DNA from: Acidobacteriaceae bacterium
GTDB lineage: Bacteria; Acidobacteriota; Terriglobia; Terriglobales; Acidobacteriaceae
NCBI GenBank assembly: GCA_027364815.1
Contig: DAHXOQ010000001.1
Coordinates: forward strand, 119-64,118
DNA: 64,000 nt
Reading direction: 5' to 3'
A program made the position numbers and the translations under genes. The notes beneath the pieces are model-generated. The model was not told the DNA's origin and ran no database searches. It saw only the letters and a program-made list of their open reading frames with translations. Shown here piece by piece: positions 18,501 to 27,589 of this stretch (positions are counted from its first letter, which is position 1; each line of letters starts with the position of its first letter).

Positions 18501-19391
18501 AGCGGCAAATCGCTCTGCTTTGGATGCTTGGCGCTTGAGACTGTTCATCTGCCGCGTGACTTCTTCAAAGATGTCGTCAACGCGGGCCAAATTTTGCTTG
18601 GCACTTTCTAGACGCAACTCGCTGAGACGCTTCTTAGTTTTGAATCGCGTGACTCCAGCCGCCTCTTCAATGATGGCGCGGCGATCATGCGGCTTGGAGC
18701 TCAGCAACTGGCCGATGCGCTCCTGACCGATGATGGCGTAGCTTTCCGGACCGAGGCCCGTGCCCATGAAGATGTCCTGAATGTCGCGCAGACGGCAGAG
18801 CTTGCCGTTGAGCAGGTATTCGCTTTCGCCGGTGCGAAAGAGCCGGCGTGTAATGACTACCTCACCCTTTTGAGGAGTGCGCGCGAATTTGCGGCGACGG
18901 ATTTTGAGAACCACTGCATGAGGACCTTGTGTGCCAGCTTCACCTTCTGCCGGCTGCGCCTCTTGTTCACCGCCCTCAAGAACTACACCCGGCTGCTCAG
19001 AGGATATGATCTCTTCAGCTTCGGCTGCGCGCTGGAGGCGGAGTTCTTCTTCATTCCAATCTTCAGGGCCCTCATGCTCGACGACGACCTCAGGTTCAAC
19101 GGGAATGGGGCCTTCAATTTCTGCCGGATCGATGAGAGTAACTGTGACCTCGGCCATACCAAGTGGCTTGCGCTCTCGTGTTCCGGAGAAGATTACATCC
19201 TGCATGTTGGAGCCGCGCAGACTTTTCGCGCTCTGCTCACCAAGAACCCAACTGCCGCCGTCGAGGATGTTCGATTTGCCGCAACCATTAGGTCCCACAA
19301 CCACAGCGATGCCGGTACCAGGGACGGTGATCTCCGTGCGGTCGCAAAAGCTCTTGAAGCCAAGGATGTGGATTTTTTTCAGTTTGAGCAT
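15564..19391 (-). CDS. smc: chromosome segregation protein SMC
   Basis: Walker A GPNGCGKSN, long coiled coils, a hinge, the signature LSGGEKSLTALALLVGIF and Walker B FCVLDEVDAALD. Trimmed to MLKLKKIHILGFKSF at 19391. Confidence 0.95.
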   Translation of the reverse strand: MLKLKKIHILGFKSFCDRTEITVPGTGIAVVVGPNGCGKSNILDGGSWVLGEQSAKSLRGSNMQDVIFSGTRERKPLGMAEVTVTLIDPAEIEGPIPVEPEVVVEHEGPEDWNEEELRLQRAAEAEEIISSEQPGVVLEGGEQEAQPAEGEAGTQGPHAVVLKIRRRKFARTPQKGEVVITRRLFRTGESEYLLNGKLCRLRDIQDIFMGTGLGPESYAIIGQERIGQLLSSKPHDRRAIIEEAAGVTRFKTKKRLSELRLESAKQNLARVDDIFEEVTRQMNSLKRQASKAERFAAAREELRARMKVVLASRMTLMDLEQARLDEEIALLSTQTDEGSVAIAQQEETQHSLTERGYELDAEHQRAQSSANEAAVELERASARERSNTERIAELESRLAAGTAELEQTRTQLIGIADERTQQQHFLNTAAEEVRVFRTQVELSQQKAREAADAVFTSERQLEADRRHSMHLLTLAGNARNNTAQAEESLAALEREAERLEAEMRNSKHESEALGIDREQANLRFAASAETLNRLESEIAELRNSLQARRTDENSLRMRINQMRSEQATVSGRKDSLESLIRNHGYSTDTVRRLLKPGALGANLSSLGTLADFLEIQGENGIVVDEFLREELNYVVVENWNAADEGVKLLKSGVDGRATFLIHPCSSNGDMKTAASELGATPGVTPLRDAIRVLNGFGHSLESILPKLRDGYIVEDAVLARKLAGEHPNAWFLTPPGETFHSATVTGGKPASEGPLALKRDLREADARLAEIDSALATAESETAALVITINELNSRLELRTEEQREAEREAANHGAALKQMEAEAQRIERRLAEWVSQAERNKQAREAKQTLITEKREEAVRLEAEHAEGEKKLDEQQATLSLLRNERENHQQEAARVTAELAGLDERRRGAESAFQRIDRLHSDLERRILTLEQQQAAADAERIQRTEESAALASRQTELPTLRTEALAESQKLATEAHLLRAQLARLEAELKAARTAIDQLREQRLNLTSVAAKLSSDLEYLEASCLTEVNLEAAELRADEAIDRLESDLLAAEEERCREIRQRIEQMGPVNMMALEEYKETAERHGFLDTQRKDLNESIANIQETIREIDLISRTKFDEAFARINENFGKVFTRLFNGGQASLRLTDIENQAESGLEIVASPPGKKLQNVLLLSGGEKSLTALALLVGIFQYQPSPFCVLDEVDAALDETNVGRLADLLHSLSHDTQFLLVTHSKRMMQAADLIYGVTMQEPGVSKVLSVRVGGQAHQQRATA

Positions 19392-19593
19392 TTCGACTCC
19401 CGGTGTGAATAAGGCATTGAACATGAGGGGAATTCGCGAAAGCTGGAAGCGTCCTGAAAGTGGCTGCCAGTTGCGAAAACACTACTATCCAAGTTCAAAC
19501 ATTAAGGCGCTGCGAGGTTGGGGTCAACGTCTGGGGTCGTGGTTTTTGTGGATAAGGTGTCTGGAATAACAAATCCGGAATATTTAGTGGGAA

Positions 19594-21840
19594 ATGAGCA
19601 ATTTAAGCGTTAATTACGCCAAATTTTCAAGAGTGTTTTGCATCTGCGTAACTTTGGTAGACGCAATCATTTGTAGATGCGATATCCGACAACGTAGCAT
19701 TGATAATGAACCATTGAGTGAAAATGATCACAATTCAGGCGACCTAGGCGAACTGCTGCATCGCGTCTTCGGCTTTGACCGATTTCGCACCAATCAGGAG
19801 CCAGTGTGCCGCGCTGCTGTTGATGGCCGCGACTTGCTGCTGGTGATGCCTACTGGTGCTGGAAAAAGCCTTTGCTACCAGTTGCCCACGTTAGCACGCG
19901 GAGGCACGGGTTTAGTTGTGTCCCCGCTGATCGCGCTGATGGAGGATCAAGTTGCAAAACTGGCTGCGCTTGGATTGCATGTTGCGCGCATCCACTCCGG
20001 GCTTGAGCGTGCTGTTGCGCGGCAAGCCTGTGTTGATTATCTTGCCGGGAATCTGAACTTCCTCTTTATTGCGCCGGAACGTCTGCGTGTGCCCGGATTT
20101 GCGGAGATGCTGGCCAAGCGAAGACCATCACTGATTGCAATAGACGAGGCGCATTGCATCTCGCAATGGGGCCATGATTTTCGTCCCGATTACAGAATGC
20201 TGGGACAGCATTTGCCTACATTGCGTGGAGCTGATGAGAGCAATGAGACGCGCACTCCGATACTTGCTTTGACCGCGACTGCAACCCCGGCTGTGCAGGC
20301 GGATATTGTTGACCAGTTGCAGATGGTGAATCCTGCACATTTTATTCATGGTTTTCGGCGCGAGAATCTGGCAATTGAAGTGATGGAGGTTCCTACGCCG
20401 CAGCGAGCGAGCGTAATCTGCGGATTGTTGAGCGATCCCATGCGACGCCCAGCTATCGTCTACGCACAAAGCCGCAAGCTTGCTGAATCACTGGCTGCTG
20501 AGTTGGCCAACCCACTACGCAAGGGACATATTCCAGCTGCGGCTTATCATGCAGGAATGGAGCCCATACTGCGAGATGAAGTACAGTCGGCTTTTCAACA
20601 AGGCAAGTTGGAAGTGGTGGTGGCGACGATTGCGTTCGGAATGGGGATCGACAAAGCCAATATTCGTACAGTGATACACGCGGGACTCCCGGCAACACTT
20701 GAGGGGTACTACCAGGAGATTGGCCGCGCTGGTCGCGATGGAAGCCCAAGCCGAGCGATACTGATGCATTCTTACGCCGACCAGCGTATGCAGGATTTCT
20801 TCTTGACGCGCGATTACCCTCCGGTTGCAGATCTGGAAGCGGTTGCGAAGACACTTGACGAGTATGCTAGGCCGATTGAAGAGTTACAGCTTGAATCGAA
20901 GCTGACTCTGGAGTGCTATGGAAAGGCATTAGAGAAGTTAGCGATACACGGCGGAGCTCAGATAGATTTTAACGGTAATGCGATGGCCGGGAAAGCAAAA
21001 TGGAAGAAAACTTATGGCGTGCAGGTGATTTATCGCCAGGAGCAAATTGAAAAAGTTCGCCAGTACACCGAGGCGCAGGAGTGCCGGATGTGCCTGTTGG
21101 TCAAGCATTTTGGCGATGATGAGGATGCGCGTGAGCAGTGCGGGTGCTGCGATGTCTGCGACCCGGCTGGCGCTGTGCTCAGACAATTCCGTCGTGCAAC
21201 TGCCGAAGAGCGTTCACTCGCATTGCTGATTTTGGATGCGCTGCGAGACGTGGACTACAAAGCTACAGGAACGTTGCAGCGTGAACTAGGACTTGCCGAA
21301 CGCATGAGCCGTGATGCTTATGACGAACTGCTGAAGGCAATGGTCCGGGCAAAATTAATCTCAATTGAAGATGCTGAATACGAAAAAGATGGAGTCGTGC
21401 GACGTTATCGCAAGGCGAGTCTTGAGGAAATTGGCTTGAGTTTGCGTAAAAATTCTCAGTTTGATCTTCTCTTGAGCGATGGAGTCGTTGATGCTCTGCG
21501 TAGTGAGTCCGCCCCTGCGACAAGAAAGAAAACTACCGGAGCATTCGGCTCGGGGAAAACTACGACTAAATCCGTAGCGACGACAAAGAGTGTTGAAGCC
21601 TTCACGAGACATCCATTGAGTGCCGATGCAGAGGCTATTGCCGAGCGTTTGCGCGCATGGCGAACAAGCGAGGCAAAGCGGCTCAAGATTCCGCCATATC
21701 TGATTTTGCTGGACAATAAGCTGCGCGAGATTGCTCAGATACATCCCAAAAATCTACGCCAGCTGGAAGAGTTGGCGGGCTTAAGCGCAACCAAGGTGGA
21801 GCGCTACGGCGAGGCGATTCTGGCACTCTGTTCTAAATAG
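19594..21840 (+). CDS. recQ: RecQ-family ATP-dependent DNA helicase with Zn-binding and HRDC domains
   Basis: Motifs [50 protein letters not shown], a Cys cluster CRMC..CGCCDVC, and a C-terminal HRDC-like region. The first ~40 codons look non-coding, so the start is probably downstream (in-frame TTG at 19714). Confidence 0.88.
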   Translation: MSNLSVNYAKFSRVFCICVTLVDAIICRCDIRQRSIDNEPLSENDHNSGDLGELLHRVFGFDRFRTNQEPVCRAAVDGRDLLLVMPTGAGKSLCYQLPTLARGGTGLVVSPLIALMEDQVAKLAALGLHVARIHSGLERAVARQACVDYLAGNLNFLFIAPERLRVPGFAEMLAKRRPSLIAIDEAHCISQWGHDFRPDYRMLGQHLPTLRGADESNETRTPILALTATATPAVQADIVDQLQMVNPAHFIHGFRRENLAIEVMEVPTPQRASVICGLLSDPMRRPAIVYAQSRKLAESLAAELANPLRKGHIPAAAYHAGMEPILRDEVQSAFQQGKLEVVVATIAFGMGIDKANIRTVIHAGLPATLEGYYQEIGRAGRDGSPSRAILMHSYADQRMQDFFLTRDYPPVADLEAVAKTLDEYARPIEELQLESKLTLECYGKALEKLAIHGGAQIDFNGNAMAGKAKWKKTYGVQVIYRQEQIEKVRQYTEAQECRMCLLVKHFGDDEDAREQCGCCDVCDPAGAVLRQFRRATAEERSLALLILDALRDVDYKATGTLQRELGLAERMSRDAYDELLKAMVRAKLISIEDAEYEKDGVVRRYRKASLEEIGLSLRKNSQFDLLLSDGVVDALRSESAPATRKKTTGAFGSGKTTTKSVATTKSVEAFTRHPLSADAEAIAERLRAWRTSEAKRLKIPPYLILLDNKLREIAQIHPKNLRQLEELAGLSATKVERYGEAILALCSK

Positions 21841-21878
21841 CGCGAATTCCCTCTCCCATGCGCTATTCTGATTGAAAG

Positions 21879-22673
21879 TTGAAAGGCATCCGCATGGCGT
21901 TGACAGAGATCGACAGCAAAGCCCGAGAGATCATCCTGACGATTCAGGAGTACTCGATTTCGACCTGGCGCGCAGTCAGCAACCTCTTTCGCCCTCCCAT
22001 TTACTGGAACGATATGCTGATCCAGGCCGACGTCATCGGCGTTGGCTCAACGACGATCGTCATACTGGTAGGTTTTTTCACAGGTGGCGTGCTTGCGATT
22101 CAATCCATGGCCACACTCTCTGCCTTTGGCGCCACTGCCATTACAGGACGCTTTGTCAGCCTCTCAATGGTGCGCGAGTTGGGACCGGTGCTGACCGGCG
22201 TCATGGTTTCCGGTCGCAATGCCTCTTCGATTGCCAGCGAACTTGGATCGATGGTTGTGACTGAACAAATTGACGCCATGCGCGCGCTCGGCGTTGACCC
22301 TTTACGCAAGCTGGTTCTGCCGCGCATAGTTGCCTGTGTCGTCATGTTGTTTTTCCTCACAATTGTTGCGGACTCCTTTGGAACGGCTGGCGGTGCTGCA
22401 GTTTCCATCTTTATGAACGGCCAAAACAGCACACAGTATTTTTCTTCCGCCTATGAGTCCCTGGTCTTCAGCGACATTCTGCAAGGCCTGGTCAAGCCAC
22501 TCTTCTTTGGTTTCATCATCGCTTCCATTGGCTGTTTTTATGGCTTGCGCACTACGGGTGGGACACAGGGCGTGGGCCGCTCCACTATTCAGGCTGTGGT
22601 CACTTCTTCTGTCCTCATCATCGTTGCTGATTTTCTAATCAGCCAGATTATGGTTGCGCTCTTTATCAAATGA
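21879..22673 (+). CDS. mlaE: MlaE-family ABC transporter permease
   Basis: A polytopic membrane protein with an MlaE/Ttg2B-like sequence (..VTEQIDAMRALGVDPLRKLVLPRI..). Alternative ATG at 21894. Confidence 0.8.
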   Translation: MKGIRMALTEIDSKAREIILTIQEYSISTWRAVSNLFRPPIYWNDMLIQADVIGVGSTTIVILVGFFTGGVLAIQSMATLSAFGATAITGRFVSLSMVRELGPVLTGVMVSGRNASSIASELGSMVVTEQIDAMRALGVDPLRKLVLPRIVACVVMLFFLTIVADSFGTAGGAAVSIFMNGQNSTQYFSSAYESLVFSDILQGLVKPLFFGFIIASIGCFYGLRTTGGTQGVGRSTIQAVVTSSVLIIVADFLISQIMVALFIK

Positions 22674-23518
22674 AACAGTCCAACTCCATTCTCGATGACC
22701 GAACGACACCAGTTGCTAAGTCGGCATCGGATTCTGCGCCAGTAGTTTTTCACAATGTCAGCATTCGCTTTTATGGCCCTCCAGTTCTCAAAGATGTAAG
22801 TTTTACGCTGGGAGCACATGAGACGAAGATCGTACTAGGGCCCGCAGGAGTGGGGAAAAGCGTTCTGCTCAAGCTCACGAATGGGCTGCTGAAGCCAAGG
22901 CGCGGGCATGTGGATTTATTCGGGCAGAATCTTTCTGAATTGACTGAAGACCAGCTCTTCCCTCTCCGCAAGCGGACTGGAATGGTTTTTCAGGAGGGTG
23001 CGCTCTTTGACTCGCTCTCCATTCGCGATAATGTCGCTTACCAACTTCACGTAGAAAATATTCCAGACGAAGAGATTGAGAGGCGCGTTCGTGAAGCTCT
23101 TCGCTTTGTTGAACTCGAGCACACCATTGATTTTTTTCCAGGCAGTCTCTCGGGGGGAATGAGACGTCGCGTGGCCATAGCACGAGCCATCATCACCCAA
23201 CCCGATCTTCTACTTTATGATTCACCTACTGGCGGACTGGATCCCGTCACATCAAATACGATCATTGAACTCGTGGTGAAAGAGCGAGATGTTTATCACA
23301 CGCCTGCTCTACTGGTAACGCACCGTTTGCAGGATGCTTTCACTTTAACCAGTCACCGTTACGATCAGGAGTTGGGGCACATGGTGCCGCTACCTAAAGG
23401 AGAAACCGATCCTAATACCAGTTTTCTGATGCTTAACGAGGGCCGTGTGCTCTTTGATGGAGCGCTGGATGATTTGTTACGAAGCGAGGATCCGTTTGTG
23501 CGGGAGTTTTTATCTTAG
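22670..23518 (+). CDS. mlaF: MlaF-like ABC transporter ATP-binding protein
   Basis: Walker A GPAGVGKS, signature LSGGMRRRVAIARA, Walker B LLLYDSPTGGLD. ATGA overlap with mlaE. Confidence 0.85.
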   Translation: MKQSNSILDDRTTPVAKSASDSAPVVFHNVSIRFYGPPVLKDVSFTLGAHETKIVLGPAGVGKSVLLKLTNGLLKPRRGHVDLFGQNLSELTEDQLFPLRKRTGMVFQEGALFDSLSIRDNVAYQLHVENIPDEEIERRVREALRFVELEHTIDFFPGSLSGGMRRRVAIARAIITQPDLLLYDSPTGGLDPVTSNTIIELVVKERDVYHTPALLVTHRLQDAFTLTSHRYDQELGHMVPLPKGETDPNTSFLMLNEGRVLFDGALDDLLRSEDPFVREFLS

Positions 23519-23772
23519 GACGAATACCTACATACCTCCGCTCTGTTATTTAAAGCCATTTCAGTTACTTTACTGAACATTAAATTGCCTTTAAACTAAA
23601 GATAATTTTTTGCGTCATTTTTGTCGTGAAGATTGACAATCAGAACATAAGGCGATGAAGATATTTGAAATTTTCCACTAGCCAGCGCAAGTTCGTCAGA
23701 GTTCAATAGATCTTCCCTTTTTCTGCGCAGCATTGTGTGTGTTTTTTGAAATCACTGAGGAGGCTCCATAAG

Positions 23773-24843
23773 ATGAAATTCAGATCGCGCTTGTATTACA
23801 TTATGATTTGCCTTATCGCAATTGCCATTTGCTCTGTGCCCCACGCGCTACGTGCAGATACCGTTCTGCTCAAAAACGGCGACCGCATCACTGGAACAGC
23901 GACCAAGCTGGAAGCTGGCAAGCTCTCGTTCAAGATCGCGTATGCTGAAGCCATCACCATTCCATGGGATGAAGTTGCCAGCCTGACCATGATTCAGCCT
24001 CTGTTGTTAAGCACGCCGAATGGCACTCTGAGTGTGAGTTCTGTGGAGCGCAGTAAAGAGGGACTGATACTTACGACTCCTTCTGGTCCAAAGACTCTGG
24101 ATGCTGCGGCGGTAACTATTATGCGCACTGCGGTGGATCAGAAAGCTTATGAAGATTCGCTGCATCCAAGCTGGGTTCAGGCATGGGCTGCAAACGTGAA
24201 TCTCAGTCTCGCTCTTGCCCATGGCAATTCCGAGACGACGACATTTAGCGCTGGTTTTACTGCAACACGTGTCACGCACAAAGATAAAACACAGCTCTAT
24301 GCGAATACACTTTACAGTAAAAATGGAAACGCGACGCCGTCGACGAGCGCTAACACATCCTCTGGCGGATTCCGTTATGACCACAATCTTGATCCCAAAT
24401 TATTCGCCTTTGGGAGCAGTGATTTCACCTCAGATGCGCTTCAAAATCTGGACTTGCGCTCGATTGTAGGCGGTGGATTTGGCTGGCACGCAAGCAAAAC
24501 TCCTCGACAGAGTTTTGATGTGATGGGCGGTGTGGTTTGGATCCACGAAACGTACTCCCCAACACCTACCAACAGCTTTACTGCCATTAATATCGGCGAG
24601 CAGTACTCGCGCAAGGTTGGAATTGGAAGTCTGTTTTCTGAGCAAGCGTATTTTTATCCGAACCTCAACCAAACGGGCGAGTACCAGTTTTCCGTTGATT
24701 CAAGCTTCAGTACCAAGATCGGAAAGATTTTTACCTGGCAGACCACATTCAATGACAAATACACATCTTTCCCGCCGGCAGGAACTCTGAGTAATGACCT
24801 CATTCTGACGACTGGATTGGGTATAACGCTCGCTCGGCATTGA
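23773..24843 (+). CDS. DUF481-family outer-membrane beta-barrel protein
   Basis: Signal peptide, then DTVLLKNGDRITGT..L.F (the YdiY/DUF481-like N-terminus) and alternating beta-strand segments. GAGGAGG precedes ATG 23773. Confidence 0.65.
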   Translation: MKFRSRLYYIMICLIAIAICSVPHALRADTVLLKNGDRITGTATKLEAGKLSFKIAYAEAITIPWDEVASLTMIQPLLLSTPNGTLSVSSVERSKEGLILTTPSGPKTLDAAAVTIMRTAVDQKAYEDSLHPSWVQAWAANVNLSLALAHGNSETTTFSAGFTATRVTHKDKTQLYANTLYSKNGNATPSTSANTSSGGFRYDHNLDPKLFAFGSSDFTSDALQNLDLRSIVGGGFGWHASKTPRQSFDVMGGVVWIHETYSPTPTNSFTAINIGEQYSRKVGIGSLFSEQAYFYPNLNQTGEYQFSVDSSFSTKIGKIFTWQTTFNDKYTSFPPAGTLSNDLILTTGLGITLARH

Positions 24844-25003
24844 TGTGTGAGTGAGCCCATTCTGGTTAACTGATATATTTCAAATGGCTTCGATCAAGTG
24901 ATATGCGGTCCGTTTGCTCTTCGCTGACCGCCCGAACTGTTCATCCACTGCCCCCAAATGCTAACCTTATATGTTTTGATTTTCTGATTTTTCTGGGGGA
25001 ATT

Positions 25004-26182
25004 ATGGCTAAGAAGTTTTCAGGCGTGGATTTTCTGCATTTGGATGCCACTTTTAGCGAGGACGAGCTTTTAGTCCGCCGCACTGCGCGCGATTTTGTTG
25101 ACGACAATCTGATTCCAATTATCGAAGAGTGCTTTCGCGAAGGGCGTTTTCCGCGTGAGCTCGTGAAAACCATGGGCGAACTCGGCTTCTTTGGCGCGAA
25201 CCTTGAAGGCTATGGTTGCGCAGGAATGTCAAATGTGGAGTACGGCCTTGTGATGCAGGAACTAGAGCGCGGCGACTCCGGCTTCCGCAGCTTTGTCAGC
25301 GTGCAATCAGGCCTCGTGATGTACCCAATCTACGAGTTTGGCTCCGATGAGCAAAAGAACTACTGGCTCCCCGCGATGGCTAAGGGCGAAAAGCTGGGCT
25401 GCTTTGGATTGACCGAGCCCGACTTCGGCTCAAATCCCGGCGGGATGCGCACGACAGCACGCAAAGTTGGCAATGAGTACATTTTGAACGGCGAGAAGAT
25501 GTGGATAACGTCAGGAACAATCGCCGATGTGGCCATAATCTGGGCCAAGGTTGAAGAAGAAGATGGCCGCGTCCGTGGCTTCCTTGTCGAATGCAACCGC
25601 CCGGGTTTCTCCGCTTTTGATGTGCACGGCAAGTGGAGTTTGCGCGCTTCAGTCACGAGCGGATTGTCACTGCAGGATGTGCATGTGCCTGCTACGAATC
25701 TGTTGCCCAAGTCGGGTGGTCTAAAGAGCCCGCTGATGTGCCTCAATCAGGCGCGTTATGGAATCAGCTGGGGCGCGATTGGCGCTGCGATGTCCTGCTA
25801 TGACACGGCTCTGCAATATGCTCTGGTACGCAAGCAATTTCATGATGCGCCAATTGCAAGTCATCAGCTGATTCAGGAACGCCTGGCATGGATGGTGACG
25901 GAAATCTCGAAGGCCCAGTTGCTGAGCTTGCAGGTTGGCCGATTGAAGGACAAAGGAACGGTTCGCCCTGAGCATATCTCCATGGCCAAACGCAATAACG
26001 TGTGGATGGCCCTTGAATGTGCGCGCATTGCCCGCGATATTCTAGGCGCTAACGGCATCACTGAGGATTACCCCATCATGCGCCACATGATGAACCTCGA
26101 ATCGGTGAAGACATACGAGGGCACGCACAATATGCACACCCTCATCATTGGCCAAAGCATCACCGGAATTGCCGCATACTGA
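25004..26182 (+). CDS. gcdH: glutaryl-CoA dehydrogenase-like acyl-CoA dehydrogenase
   Basis: ACAD fold motifs (GLTEPDFGSNPGGM, WITSG, YEGTHNMHTLIIGQ). The N-terminal region is typical of GCDH. Confidence 0.75.
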   Translation: MAKKFSGVDFLHLDATFSEDELLVRRTARDFVDDNLIPIIEECFREGRFPRELVKTMGELGFFGANLEGYGCAGMSNVEYGLVMQELERGDSGFRSFVSVQSGLVMYPIYEFGSDEQKNYWLPAMAKGEKLGCFGLTEPDFGSNPGGMRTTARKVGNEYILNGEKMWITSGTIADVAIIWAKVEEEDGRVRGFLVECNRPGFSAFDVHGKWSLRASVTSGLSLQDVHVPATNLLPKSGGLKSPLMCLNQARYGISWGAIGAAMSCYDTALQYALVRKQFHDAPIASHQLIQERLAWMVTEISKAQLLSLQVGRLKDKGTVRPEHISMAKRNNVWMALECARIARDILGANGITEDYPIMRHMMNLESVKTYEGTHNMHTLIIGQSITGIAAY

Positions 26183-26198
26183 ACCGCATGCACAAAGA

Positions 26199-27563
26199 AT
26201 GGAACTGAAAATGCCAGTTAAAACCATCTACGAGCCCTTCCGCATCAAGAGCGTTGAACCGATACGCGGAACCACACGGGCCGAACGCGAAAGTATGTTG
26301 CGCGAGGCCCATTACAACCTGTTTTTGCTCAAGGCCGATGATGTACTGATAGACCTGCTTACGGATTCAGGAACCGGCGCCATGTCTACGCATCAGTGGG
26401 CGGGCATCATGGAAGGCGACGAGAGCTACGCCGGCAGCCGCAGCTTTCAAAACTTCAAGAGCTCGATTCAGGATATTTTTGGCTTCAAGCACGTGATGCC
26501 TACGCATCAGGGCCGTGCCGCTGAGCGCATTCTCTTTCAGACCATGTGCAAAGCGGGCGATATTGTTCCGAACAATACGCACTTTGACACTACCCGCGCG
26601 AATGTGGAATTCACAGGTGCTGAAGCACTTGATCTGCAGATTCCCGAGGGGAAGATACCTGATAATCGCTATCCATTCAAAGGCAACATGGATGTTGCAG
26701 CGCTTGAAGCGCTAATCCAAAAAGTGGGCAAAGAAAAGATTCCGCTGGCCATGCTGACGGTGACTAACAACTCAGGCGGAGGGCAGCCGGTTTCAATGGA
26801 GAATACGCGCGCGGTTTCGACAATCTGCCGCAAGCATGGAATTCCCTTCTACATTGACGCATGCCGTTTTGCCGAGAACGCCTACTTCATCAAGTTGCGC
26901 GAGGCTGGCTACGCGGATAAGACACCGAAAGAGATCGCGCAAGAGATGTTCTCGCTTGCAGACGGCTGCACAATGAGCGCAAAGAAAGATGGCATGGCGA
27001 ATATCGGCGGCTTTCTCTGCACTAACGACGATCGCCTGGCGCAGCGCGAAAGTGACTTGCTGATTCTGACTGAGGGGTATCCAACCTACGGCGGACTGGC
27101 AGGCCGCGATCTTGAGGCTGTTGCCATTGGCGTGCAAGAGGCTTTGGACATTGATTACCTCAAATACCGTATCTCTTCGACAGCGTACCTCGGGAACAAA
27201 ATCTCAGAGCATGGTGTGCCGATTGTTCAGCCGCCGGGCGGCCATGCAATCTACATTGATGCGAAAGCATTTCTACCGCACGTTCCAGTGGAGCAATTTC
27301 CCGGCGTAGCGCTGGCTGCCGAACTTTATCTGGAGGGTGGAATCCGCGCGGTGGAGATTGGCAGCCTGATGTTTGCCGCAGCGGCCAAGATGGAACTGGT
27401 ACGTTTGGCTATTCCGCGTCGAGTCTACACGCAGAGCCACATTGACTACGTCGTCGAGGTGATTCTGGATGTGTGGGAGCGCAGAGAGCAAATCAAGGGA
27501 CTTAAGCTGACCTATGAAGCACCGTTTTTAAGACACTTTACGGCAAAGCTGGAGCCGGTTTAG
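26199..27563 (+). CDS. tnaA: tryptophanase / beta-eliminating lyase family (PLP)
   Basis: Motifs EPFRIKSVEP, IDLLTDSGTGAM, PTHQGRAAE, ARFAENAYFIK, MSAKKDGMANIGGFL, and a C-terminal LRHFTAKLEPV that matches the E. coli TnaA ending. Tyrosine phenol-lyase is not excluded. Confidence 0.8.
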   Translation: MELKMPVKTIYEPFRIKSVEPIRGTTRAERESMLREAHYNLFLLKADDVLIDLLTDSGTGAMSTHQWAGIMEGDESYAGSRSFQNFKSSIQDIFGFKHVMPTHQGRAAERILFQTMCKAGDIVPNNTHFDTTRANVEFTGAEALDLQIPEGKIPDNRYPFKGNMDVAALEALIQKVGKEKIPLAMLTVTNNSGGGQPVSMENTRAVSTICRKHGIPFYIDACRFAENAYFIKLREAGYADKTPKEIAQEMFSLADGCTMSAKKDGMANIGGFLCTNDDRLAQRESDLLILTEGYPTYGGLAGRDLEAVAIGVQEALDIDYLKYRISSTAYLGNKISEHGVPIVQPPGGHAIYIDAKAFLPHVPVEQFPGVALAAELYLEGGIRAVEIGSLMFAAAAKMELVRLAIPRRVYTQSHIDYVVEVILDVWERREQIKGLKLTYEAPFLRHFTAKLEPV

Positions 27564-27589
27564 AGGTCATTGAAATATGGAGGCTAAAG

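Noticed and set aside
15564-19569. Many long antisense or alternative-frame ORFs inside smc (for example 18687-19412, 18931-19569 and 17764-18162), and similar ones inside polA, recG, glnD and copA
   Set aside because: They lie wholly within genes that have unambiguous motif support on the other strand or frame. They are Ala/Arg/Ser-rich low-complexity translations typical of open alternative frames and carry no motifs.
15564-21840. smc next to a RecQ helicase as a possible Wadjet/Lamassu-like SMC defence module
   Set aside because: The SMC is a full-length canonical condensin-type protein with hinge, signature motif and Walker B. The genes are divergent, RecQ has the standard Zn/HRDC architecture, and there are no JetA/B/D-, LmuA- or nuclease-like partners.
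23519-23772. 254-bp AT-rich spacer after mlaF as an sRNA gene or mobile-element scar
   Set aside because: I see only a TTGACA hexamer without a properly spaced -10 box, and no terminator, repeats or ORF remnants. It is most simply the promoter region of the DUF481 gene.
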